Part shown: piece after piece, positions 35,963 through 47,375 of the stretch
Layout: every line of letters starts with the position of its first letter
Position numbering within the stretch: position 1 is the stretch's first letter
Source: Massalongia carnosa
Lineage: Eukaryota
Direction: 5' to 3'
Length of the DNA stretch: 64,000 nucleotides
NCBI GenBank assembly: GCA_965645245.1
Contig: OZ287074.1
Coordinates: 124,001-188,000, forward strand
Translations under genes and position numbers: made by a program
Notes under the pieces: generated by a model
Told to the model about the DNA's origin: nothing
Database searches by the model: none
Seen by the model: only the letters and a program-made list of their open reading frames with translations

Positions 35963-38449
35963 GTTCTGTTCCACCTGCGAGCCGAGATATTCTATCGACT
36001 ACCATACCTACAACCGAAGGTCAACCTAGTCACGAGGCAGAGAGCACCATGACCACACCATCGTCGATAAGCCCCGAGTCTTTTGGAAATAGACCAGCCA
36101 TGTCCGCTGGACCCTTCGGATTTGTGATGACCGTGCCTCAACTAGGCACTCCTGGCACTCCATTCTTTCAAGGTAAAAATGTGTCGGAGTTTCTGAGTCG
36201 GTACGAGGATATGAGTGAGGATTATCATGTCGGAAACAATGAGAAAATTCGTAGGTTGCCTCGTTATTGTGACATGCTAATTGGCCAGACCATTGAGTCG
36301 CTTCCGGACTTTGTGGAGAGAAGATGGGCACAGCTGAGCAAGGTGATGACGAAAGAGTACGAGGCTGGCGATAGCATTCAGCATGTGAATTCTCGACCGT
36401 TTCTGGAGTCGTACAAGGACAAAGTACGCACTAGCGACGATGATTTGCGGAACTTGTGTCGAAAGTTCGGTGCCATATCTAAAGTCCTAATTAGTCAGGA
36501 GAAGCTAGACATTTACACACGAAATCAGTGGTTCATGCTAGGTCTTCCTACTAACATCCGCGAAGAGTTATTCTTTCGTCGAGGTGTTGATTTCGACGGT
36601 AATGTGATGAAGGACTTTGATGGACTAGTGAAAAAGACTCTGACACTAGTAGAGGCGAGAATGAAATACAAGGGAAGTGATGCGGACCGAAAAGAGCGTT
36701 ATTGATAAATATAGTGCTCTAGCCGACCAGTTCGACAAAAAGATAGTGCTAGACGGTCATGAAAATATCACGAACTCGCTTAGTCCACCAGTAGCAGACT
36801 CGACTACTGTTAGCCTATCGAAGTCCACGGAGAAGACGATGGTGGATAAGTTCGATGCATTAGTCCTATCCACCGGAGCTCAAATGCGACCGGTCAACCA
36901 GAATAGTCAGCAAAGTCAGCAGAGTCGGAACCGTTCCCAGTCATCCTATGACGGACAGAGACAACAGCATGACCATCAATATGGTAACGACGAAAGCTGC
37001 AACTATTGCGGAGAGAAGGTACTGCGTGACAGGCGAAGGGACTGTCCAGACTTCGACGCTGACCAAAGGAATGGTGTTATTCATCTGAATGAAAAAGGCC
37101 TGCTCTGTCTGGGACCAATGGGTACATATTCCAACCCCATTCGGCATTTACCGGGTGTGACACAAAAAGAGTCCATTAGACGTGCGAAGATGTTGGCCAA
37201 TCAATTTAGTCAAGCTGGACAAAATGCCGAAGTGCCCACGGTTTGAATAGGCGAGGATAGTGCAGATGACTTTTCTTCTGACGAAGAATGGGACCCGGAG
37301 GTGACGATCATCGAACACACCACCTCTACCAACTCGGCTAGGACCGAAAACAATAAATCTGCTGAAGAGAACTGGAAAGAGCCGGCTAAACGAATTCTGA
37401 AACGCAGGGCTGAGCGCGAGGACCGTTTCGCAGTACTTAAAGCACCTAGATATGGCAATTGGAGTCCTCTTCCTACTTCGGTAGAACGTCAAAGTGATAG
37501 TATCGATCAATCAAAACCGATCGACGGAACTTCCGCGGCAGAACCTGAGCAACATAATAGTCAAGGGCCGACTATAAATCATGTGGGGGGACGAGGACGA
37601 CCGACAGTCCATGATTCCACCTGGCTGGCCAATGGCAGTAGTGATTCCTAGCAGACGTGCTGATGCGATGGAGACGGTGGAAAATTGACATATCCGACTA
37701 CCTATATCAAACGAATTTCCTTAGTAAAATGCATATTGTCAGCGGAAGAAGCACACGAACCTTCGGAATAGTTTCATTTCACACTTACTAAAATTCACCG
37801 AAAACTTCACCAACCTTAGTCCAAATTGCCATCATCCGAATCCTCACCTCCATTTTTTACCTTTTCCATACTACCAGAACTCAGCAAATTGTCTAGCTTT
37901 TACTATCTTCCTATCAACAAACACCACTGCTAAGCTCAACACCTTATCTCAGCGAAAGTCAGCAAGCTACTCGAGAACTCGGACCATTTTATCTTACCTT
38001 ACCCCACATCTTTTGACATGTCTTCCCAACTAGTCATTGTCCTAGGGAATGACCACTTTCACCGCATGACAGATGCACTAGCTTTCCTTGAGACATTGAC
38101 CCCAGCAGACCGATACGAGAGACAGAGAACTATAGCATCGCAGCTAATAGAGTTCCAGCAAATGCTAGAGGATAGCATAACGGACTATTATGATTATGTC
38201 ATGCAGAAAGATGCCTGGGCCTCGATGATGAAAGAAGAAGAGTTCAAAGCTCAATGAGACGATGTTATTGAGGAGGTGGATATGGCCCAACTGTCACGGG
38301 CAGTTGGAGAATGGAGGCATTGGGCACTCGAGGAGACCATTACTATGTTTCAGCATGTGAAGAAAGCAGAGGAAGAGGGCTTTGGGGCTAGGTCAAATTT
38401 CCGGTTGAAGCGAGAGTCACATGGCAGGCCCATTCCTCACATCTCTGAT

Positions 38450-41400
38450 CAGTGTTCGCAATGGAGTGATTCTTAATGGATATCCACTCCATTTAATCCA
38501 CTCAAATCCACTCCAAAGGTTTTTTTTTTAAATGGAGTCCATCCAATAAGGTTTTAGGCTTAATGGAGTCACTCCAATAAGGATTTATCTAATGGAGTGG
38601 ACTCCATAGAGTCCAATGGATTAGGGCCTAAAAATAGGTGGTGTTTTAGGTATAGCTCCAGGGGCCTTAAAGCTATGGTAATTCCCACATTTTAAGTGAT
38701 ATTTCACTTGTTTACTGCTTTTATTCGTGTCAACCTACAAATATCACTTGCTATGGACTGAATTTGCTTCTATTTAAACTAGAAACCACCAAAATCCGTC
38801 CCGAACCGTACTTGCAGTGATGTCTGATATTAGTGACGATACAACTACAACCCGCCCCGACCCTGGCGAGACAGAGTCAGTATTTGAGCTTCCTGGAGCA
38901 TGTGATATCGACGTTCCTGAACGTATTACGCGTGGCAGAAAGCGTACGGTTGGTTCAGCAGAGCTTGGGAATGAAGCTTCAAGAGTATTGATCCATATCC
39001 TTTATTTAATCAAGCTTATATATTAATATATGGTAGAGGTCTCCATCCCAGTCAGCCCTGAGCTTTTCTCGACGTTCCCCTGCACCCTCCACGACTTCCC
39101 AAGCTACGGAGCGTCCCCATATCATCCTGAGCGGCACTATATACTCTGAGAACGACAGGAACGCTCCTGGTAACCATTCCAGCAGCCCTTCTAGGCCGTC
39201 ACCTATAACCTCTATTGAAGGCAGGGTTATTGGTGGCCGGTTTTCGTCTCCTACAAGTGGAATAGCTTCAAAGAGAGCTAGAGCGAGCCGTAGTTGGATA
39301 TGGGATTGGGGCACCAAGGCAGAGAGGGAGGGCAAGGCCTATTGGGTGTGTAACAAATGTAAAGTACCAGATTTATACTTATTTGCCATGTTTGCTATGA
39401 AAATTTGTATAGAACTCAGTGTAATTCCGCCTATTTTATATGTACCGAACCATCGAGTTGTCATTTTGACATGTACTATACATTTGTCCAATATCTATTT
39501 AATTTATATTAACGATTATTAAAGCTAATTAACTACAGGTGTTGCAGACGGTTCTAATACTGAGTATATGATCACAAACGGCACTGCTTCATGTGGAGAG
39601 CACTTACGAAAGGACCATAATTCTTGTTCCACCTAAGGAAGCAGCTGCTAGGGCATCTATCTCTGTTGTTGAACATCTTCAACAAGGGGTAGTAGTTGCT
39701 CCTTTTAGTCCAGAAGTCTTTCGACAAAAGCTCTTACGATTTCTTTGTATTTGTCATATTCCTTTTGCCATTGTAGAGCAGCGTGCTTTTCGAGACCTGC
39801 TTTTATATTCAAGTCCGTATTTACGAGGCAATGATACACTCCCCAAGTCGGGCAATTCCATTAAAGCTGCACTATTAGAGATATTTCTAGCTTGTCAACT
39901 TGTATTGATTCAGTTATTAGTGGAAAGCAACTGCCAAGTCCATATATCCTTTAACTTATGGTCGTCTTCTAATAATTTCTCTATGCTAGGTCTTTGCTGT
40001 CACTTTATTGATCGTTCCTGGCAAGCACGTACAGTGATTCTTGGCATGAAGCGTCTTATTGGACCCCATAGTGGAGAGAATATGTCAAAATTAATAGTCA
40101 AGGCCCTTGAAGTTTATAAACTAGGGGGTAGGCTCGGCTACTGTGTTTTGGATAATGCCGGTGATAATGACACTTGCTTGAGAGCAGTCGAGGAACATCT
40201 CCTTTTGCAGGGAGTTAGGTGGGACGCTGATACTCACCGACTACGTTGTTTCGGCCATATCGTTAATCTCGTGGCAACTGTATTCTTAGAGAACAAACCT
40301 ACGAAGCAAGCGCGTCAACGACTCCCAGGGGAGCCCAAGGCAGTCTGGAAACGTCCAATAGATGCTATTACGAAGCTTCATGTGATTATTGTCTTTATAA
40401 TGGCCACCGCTCGAGCAGTTTGAAGGGATTAATAAGACGATTTAAGATCCTCTCTTGCATCCAATTAAAGAGCAAATCACTAGATGGTTTTCAACTCTTA
40501 ATATGCTTCGACGGGCCATTCAAATCAAAGACTCTCTTGATCTATTCGTCCATCGTAACTCTGAGCAATCATTTACTGAGAAGACTCTTTTTGATTCGCA
40601 AATGACGGTTGACGATTGGAACTACGCCAAGGAAGTGATTGCTTTTATGGAACCACTCGAAGAGCTTATGATGAGTTTACAAGGAAGAGAGATGTCTGGT
40701 ATATTATATAAGCTTTAAATAACTCGATAATCACTAAGCTTTTAATAGGAAATAATGGTTACGCTCACCAAGTGCTCCCTTCATATGATTTAATAAAAAA
40801 GGGGATGGAAGAGCAGCTATTTGGCTTTGAACTTGATGAAGTCGATCAGTCAAACCCACAGGAACTAGCTAGTAAACGACTGGAACTGAACATTATTAAC
40901 GCCATGCAAAAGCTAGAGAAATACCGTCAACTACTCACTTCCCCTATTTATTTAGTGGCCGTCATCCTGATGCCCTGGTATAAGTGGACTTATTTTGAGG
41001 ATAGTATGAGTGCTAGTGACCTTGCTCAAGCTCGTACGAAGGTCCAAAAACTTTGGCAAGACTTATATGCAAATATAGAGGTTGCTGAAGATGATACACC
41101 GTCACCTGGAAGTCAAAATAATAAGGTATATTAACACTTATTAATATAAAAACACGGCTAACTATATTTGTAGCATGCTAAGCCCTCCCTTTTGAAGGAA
41201 CACCTTAAAAGGAGTACAAACAAAGCTAAATCCACTGTCAGAGATGAATATAGACGGTACTGTAATACAGAACCAGTTGATGAAGATGGTTGCGGGTTCT
41301 CTGGCCACTTAGAATGGTGGAAAGCTCACGAGCCTCACTATCCTAGACTAGCTCAAATGGCCAGGGATATATTCTCTGTGCCTGGCATGAGTGCAGAGGT

Positions 41401-42250
41401 CGAACGCTTGTTCTCTTCGTCCAAATTGATGATTCCAGATCATAGGAATCGTCTAAAACCCGACTTTATTGAGGCAGGAGAGTGTATTAGAAGCTGGGCC
41501 ATGGGTGGGCTAGTTCTAGGAGACTATTTCGAGTACTTACCAGCGTACCAGAAGGCAGGAGAGAAGTTCGGGGATCAAGGGAACCCATAGGAGGTGGGAT
41601 GAGTGCATGGTTGCCAAGGGGACTAGAAGTTGATATTTGCTATGTTTGATGGCAAATTTGGCATTGCTGGAAAGGTTCTTTTAGGTATCTTTTGAATTTT
41701 TCCTAGTTAATTTTAGTTGAAAGGTTCAAAAACTACTTTGAGTTCGTGGGGAACAAATGCAAAAACACTCCTTCCTCATCACTTCAACATCGCAACCTCA
41801 ATCTACCACCTATATTTCAGACTCTACCCCCTAGCCGAGGTTTACCGGGCCATGGAAGGTGCGAAAATCCAGCCAAAATCATCAAAACACAAAGGTCGTC
41901 GTCCTCGCTTAGCTGGGTCGTCGTCTCGATTAGGCAATTTATATCTACTACAAAGTGGTTTTACGCTCGAGGGAGGTTCCGGAAAGGTTTGTACGCACTG
42001 CACTTCAGTGGAGTCCATGGAGTCCATGGATTAAATGGATTAAATGGATTTAATCCAGTGGAGTCCACTGGATTTACTCCACTGGAGATTCATGGACTCC
42101 GATCCACTCCATCCATTAAATATATTCCTTAATGGAGTCCAATCCATTAAGGTTTAATCTTAATGGACTCCAATCCATATAGGTCTAGACTTAATGGATT
42201 GGATTGGAGCGCCACTCCAATCCAATCCAGTCACTCCATTGCGAACACTG
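38450..42250 (+). mobile_element. hAT DNA transposon (3801 bp)
   Basis: 20-bp TIR CAGTGTTCGCAATGGAGTGA, 8-bp TSD TCTCTGAT, arrays of AATGGA/TGGAGT subterminal repeats. Confidence 0.96.
38820..41590 (+). pseudogene. hAT transposase (BED finger, DDE, dimerisation domain), spliced and frameshifted
   Basis: SWIWDWG...YWVCNK, ISFNLWSS (first D appears as N), LDNA, RCFGH, TRWFST, WWK...YPRLAQMARDIFSVPGMSAEVERLFS. Confidence 0.88.
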
Positions 42251-42391
42251 TCTCTGATAACATTGATACGACTCCGGGACCCGAACTGGATGAGGAGGAG
42301 TTAGAGTTTGCTGAGGCCGGAATGAAGCGAACAGTGGAGTATGAACAGTGATAGGTGTCAGAGGTCGACACCTAAAGAGAGAGGGGAACTA

Positions 42392-42694
42392 TGTAGGGGG
42401 GTGGAGCGGTGATGCTCAAAATTCAAATTGCTAGCGGTTCGGGAGTTGGTTCTTTTCGGCTGATACTCGGTAAAGGTAGTTACGGGGAAGTCAGGTGACA
42501 GCCTTTCTTTAGTTATATATAGCATCAACACATACAGTTCACAGGCACGAGACATGAGGCACGAGGCGCGAGGCTTACAGTGATCAGTCTAGCTATTGTC
42601 CTTGTTCTATTGTTCTGTTCTTCTCTTGTTTGTTTGTTCTCTTGCACTCCTAGCAGTAGTAGACCACGCACACCCAGTAGTTCATCCTTCCACA
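42392..42694 (+). repeat. LTR, probably the 3' LTR of the remnant at 31677-42694
   Basis: TGTAG...CCACA; homologous to 14882-15237; preceded by a polypurine tract. Confidence 0.75.
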
Positions 42695-42779
42695 ACGTGA
42701 GCCGAAATTCCCCCACCAAAATTTACCCCTTTGATTCAACCATTCTTCATCATCTCATCAGCTTATCCTCAGCATGTCT

Positions 42780-43140
42780 ACTCATTACGATACTCCACGA
42801 CGTGCTAGAGTACAGGGAGTTTTCTAATATTTGACTGCGCATAATATTCCCTTCGAACCACGAGATATATTTAAGCAATTCAATGTTTTCAAGAATGTGG
42901 GCTACAAATTAATTCAAAAAAAAATGCTTCGTCTCGACGAAATCATCGACGTATGGGTCGGCCATACAAGATTACTTCGGAGCAGGTGCGCGAGGGAGAT
43001 CAGATACTGCAAGAAGAAGGATTGGAAGTAAGACGCCTCACATGGGAGCAATTAGCCACGGAGGTGGGGGCGGACGTGATTGACGAGACGATGAAGAATA
43101 TCATGCAAGCGGCTCTAGATTACGAAAAATGTCTCGTGAG
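42780..43140 (+). pseudogene. Tc1/mariner transposase N-terminal (HTH) fragment
   Basis: DTPRRARVQG..., GRPYKITSEQVRE...RRLTWEQLA; stops and frameshifts. Confidence 0.6.
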
Positions 43141-43259
43141 ATATTTCCACCTCAATAGACATATCCAATCACAAACAAACAAAAAAATTGCATTTCTTTC
43201 TCCTTTTCAAATCTATCATTTCCTCTTCGCTTTGAACACTAATCCCATACCACCCCCCT

Positions 43260-43950
43260 CCTATCCTCAATCCGGTCACCAGCCGGAGTCTTAATGAAGA
43301 CATCAAAGTTCCCAAAAGCCTCAATTGCAACAATGCTTTTGCCTGCACTGAATGTTTCCTTTTTTGCGTCACGCTCCCTCGATATCATGGTCTTATTGCA
43401 AATGTGAATTTTGGCCTTATCGTTCAATATTCATGAGTAAGTACTTAATCTCCCAATCCCCCCGAGGCAAATGCAGTAGTGTTAATTGTACCAAAGGCTC
43501 CCGAGTTTGACGTTTCGGGGTTTGGGATCGCGATGACGAGGACTAGGGATTTTGTCTCCATGAAGAATTTCGGGAATTAGATCGAGAGTAATAGAGAATA
43601 GATAGCCAGGCCTCGACCCTGATGGAAACCCCCCCCCCTGGATATGGTTTTGGATTAAATTTTCGACTTGCTCCCGAAAATTCGAGTCCTTCAGCGCATC
43701 ATCCACCTGGGCCCGGATTCTCGGATTTGGGATCTAATTGTCTGAACGGGGTTTCGGGCACTAGATAATTGCATATGGCCCAAGGATAAGCATCTCCACA
43801 AATGCAATTAGTGACTCTTCTACCTTTTAAGGTAGGGGGAGGACTCGAATTTCCGGAGTTTGAGTAGCTATTTGTTGAAAAGCAGAATGAGAATCCGCCC
43901 GGTGAAGACCTTTTGCTGAAGGTGCACGAAGCGACGAAACTTTTCAACCA
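43260..43950 (-). pseudogene. Ty1/Copia gag-protease remnant
   Basis: CICGDAYPWAIC knuckle-like motif and NDKAKIHICN...AIEAFG protease-like segment; fragmented. Confidence 0.5.
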
Positions 43951-43998
43951 TTGTATGCAAATCTGATAGGTGGAGATTCCGTGTTTTGAATGGGGCCG

Positions 43999-45944
43999 TC
44001 AGGCGCCTCTCTCTAAACTCGACCCCGTTCTCCACCCTATTTTGAAAGCCTTATGTTCAAGAGTCAAATCTAAAGCCCCGTTTATTACTTTTAAGGGGAA
44101 AACAAGCAGAATGCCGCAAGCTAAGGAGCCGGCGGTTCCATATTTAAGTACTCGTAGACCTGTACGGATGTCTTTGAACATGCCAACCAGAAAGGATGCT
44201 GTGACGATCGTCCCAAAAATATGAAAAGTCCAAAGCGCCACGGATTTCACGATGCGTAAAAGGATCTGAAGCTTGTCTTGACTTTGAGTTTCTTCCCTCT
44301 GTTCTTCTTTTTTCTTTTCTTCTTGAGCCTCTCGGTTTGCTTCTTCCGCGGATATCTTGCCTTGTTTTACTTGCTGTTGCCTACTGGTTCGCTTGTTCTC
44401 CAATTCTTTGTTCTTCCTCATTCGGAGGATTCGCCAACAAACGTTCCTCACCAGACGCACGAAATCCCTATTCATCGATAGTTTGGTCACCTTGCGGAAA
44501 ACCAGATATACCACATACATGATGAAGCCAACACTAACGCTCATGCCAAAAAAGTCGTACCACAATACCCCGAGAGTTGCAGCCCGGGTATTCATGCTAA
44601 GCAGCGAGGAGGCGAGGGAAACTGGGAGGAATATCGATGCAAGTATGGTTAATCGCTTGAGACTTGACGCTTGGGCAATACTCCGGGTAGAATCCTGAAA
44701 ATGCATTAGATTGTCGTAAAAGCTCTGGACATCTTTGATCACATCTTTCATGGCAGAGAGTTTCCATCGGGTCTCGTGTACAATTATGTGAAATCGACGG
44801 CACCGATCTGGCGCTATTTCGTGGAAATCTGCGATCGAGGTGAGCGTGGCTTCCGTAGCCTCGCCAATATCTCTCACGATCTGTGTAAATTCTCTGACAT
44901 GTTGCATGTCATGTTTTAACTGAAACGAGTCGGGCACAAAATCGGTTGTGATGCTTTGTTTGCGGATTGAGGTCAAAAACTTGCACCAGCATTCAGCAGT
45001 TGCTCTTAGCATATCCAACGACGCCAGCTTGGCCCCGAGCTGCATGTCTCCATCGAACAGGCCTGTAGCCGACTCTTCAGATTCTAGTAGATTTTGAAAT
45101 TTGGTCGAAAGCGGCAGATAGCCGGCAGATGACAGACTTCCCGGCCATTTCAAGAACTTACACTCAACTAAAATTGACTCAGGTCAGTTTGAAACGGAAG
45201 ATTTAACGTCAGCCATTCAGATCTGGGGTTGATACCTTGAAGATGTTTCTCAGAAAGAATTTTCATTCTCATCGCGGAGGGTGATACGCAAAATGCCGAT
45301 CCGTATTTTGTCAAGTACAGTATATGGCTTCTGCGAAGCAACCGAGGCTCATATAGCACCTCCATTTCTAGATTTTCACCTACAAAAATGGGATCGTTAA
45401 TCCAAAACCAGTCATTACCGTCTTGTTTCCAAAGTCCGAAAAGCTCCCAGATTCCTAAGTACGGGGGAGCAGGGACCTTATTGGTATTTCTAGTGAACAT
45501 TCCGAGAAAGAAACTACGGGCGATTTTATCACCTTCAGCGTCACTGTCCGCGGCTTCTTGAGCATTGCCCTCGGTGGCGAAAGCCAAGTTCTTTTTATCC
45601 GATAAGAGCTCATTGTCAAACCTTCTCGCATGGAGTTGTCGAAGAACAATCTTGAGACACGGTAGCAACGGCGACGTTTCTTCGATCTCAAATTGCTCAT
45701 GCACACACCGCTTGCCGTTCTTGTCAAAAGTGAAAACCGTCGTCATCACAGAATCAGGGATGATAGTATTGGATGTATCGCCGGCTTGGAGATTTGTTGG
45801 CATGGATGTAGTCTTCTGATTGTCATCTCTGAGAGGTATTGATGTCATCTCTAACTCTACACGTTGTTGTGAAGCGCCATGCTCTAGATCGTGATCGAAA
45901 GTCATGTCGTTGTGATATTCCGGCCTATAATTTTGAGACTTCAT
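43999..45944 (-). CDS. Fungal membrane protein with a CorA-like C-terminal TM region; exons 45944-45236 and 45167-43999 (about 625 aa)
   Basis: A 68-bp intron (GTATCA...CTGAC...TAG, 45235-45168) joins the two ORFs in frame. CorA-like LKRLTILASIFLPVSLASSLLSMN plus further hydrophobic helices. The true start is uncertain because it lies at an LTR junction. Confidence 0.7.
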
Positions 45945-46427
45945 GAAACGGGGAGACCTTCTCCCAGCAGGCATTCACTACTGGAAGACGGGATCCACAG
46001 AGGCTACACAACGTGATGGTCACAATAGAGGTACAAATAGGTAGGGTCGGGTCAAAGGGTAGACTAGATGCTACCCTTTTGAAGTGCTTGATCATTGATC
46101 TATATAGGATAGGACAATCCACAACCTAAGCTCTTCTTCCATACCTTGCCCATACTACCTGGTATTTTCGGACTCCGAAATACTTCGGTCTCCGAAACAC
46201 TCGGGTAGATGAGACTAGGCAGGCGAGCTAGGGGAGGTGAGGCGAGGCGAGGGGATACTTCGTGTATTACGAAAACACCTCCATGATAAGTTAAGTCCCC
46301 ACACTATGCCTAACTGGGTTAGGCGGGACCTTATTGTCTTGGTGGTTGTTTTGGCTGTACGTATCCCACATAGCCACATAGGCCAGTCTTACGTTCAACG
46401 AACGCATACTAGGCCTACCCTATTACA
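45944..46427 (-). mobile_element. Solo LTR (484 bp), inverted copy of 29632-30115, with non-matching flanks
   Basis: Reverse-complement homology along the full length; flanks CTTCA vs GAACA. Confidence 0.9.
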
Positions 46428-46755
46428 GAACAGGTCAATCTACTCCGTACGGCTGCCCTAGATGGACTTTAAGGTTTAGCGCCGGCGGATGATCGTTGTG
46501 GTTAGACTGCGAGCTTACCGAGTTGGGCTTAGTGTCCCTTTTCAGGAGTAAAAGGAAATCTCTGCGACCATGAGGATATCAGCATGCAAATTAGGTGGCT
46601 GATCAGCTGCTGACAGGTGGGGGTGCTGTCAGCCGTGCGGGAATCAATACCACCAATCGAAGCGTGGCCCCACCCAAATTAGTATGGGGCGGTGGCTCAA
46701 GTAAAGTTTTTCCGTCCCCGAACTTTGTCGATTTCTCAACCACCACGTTCAAAAT

Positions 46756-46818
46756 CCACCTCCAACCAACCTCCACCACCTCCAACCACCTCCAACCACC
46801 TCCAACCACCTCCTCCAC
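46756..46818. repeat. Short tandem repeat, (CCACCTCCAA)n-like
   Basis: About 6 imperfect 10-bp units. Confidence 0.7.
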
Positions 46819-47375
46819 CCCCATACCCGAGAAAGCGGCTGGGACAAGCACGAAAACATGACAATGAAGGCCTAGATGCCGGCTATTTACGCATGTGCCT
46901 CTCAATTGCTCTCGATGCGAAACGTCATCGCTTCGAGGTTGAAAAAGGTCGACGTGACTGCTTTTGCGACAAATCATTTACACTGAACTCGGTAAATTAA
47001 TTACTTGAAAGAATTGAAGATTATTTATCATGATGATTGTACGTCAATGACTGCACTGTCTTTAGAATGCAGTATGAATGTGGAATAAATAAATTAACCT
47101 AGCAATTCAACTCCAAACATGTCCAAAATTCAACCTTCGTACTCCATTTCCTATCGAAAAAGACGGTGTAAACACTGGAAAAACTGCTGTAACAACACCC
47201 ATCACCTCCAAAAAGTGCGGGAAAATACGAAAAGCAAATGGTTCAACGAAAACCTCAAACAAACTCCAAAAATGCACAAAAAATCATTCATCCACCCTTT
47301 CATTCATCATTCCGATTCTCGTCACCCTCGCTTGCCCTTCTTGATCTCGTTGGCCAGCCCGTTCAACTGTAGTAC

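Larger units (their letters stand above)
31677..42694 (+). mobile_element. Remnant LTR retrotransposon: gag-like ORF, no pol seen, short 3' ORF, PPT and 3' LTR; hosts the MULE and hAT insertions
   Basis: ORF 31891-32500 rejoins 35972-36705 in frame across the MULE TSD (RTESSVP|PASRD); gag-like PGTPFFQGKNVSEFL and CNYCGE...C. ORF 38018-38449 rejoins 42259-42351 across the hAT TSD. Purine tract AAAGAGAGAGGGGAA precedes LTR 42392-42694. Confidence 0.6.

Noticed and set aside
14882..42694. LTR pair bounding one giant element
   Set aside because: The two copies are in opposite orientation and share no TSD.
29632..46427. Large inversion between the inverted LTRs at 29632 and 45944
   Set aside because: The first copy keeps its own TSD (TGCAT) and the transposase is collinear across it.
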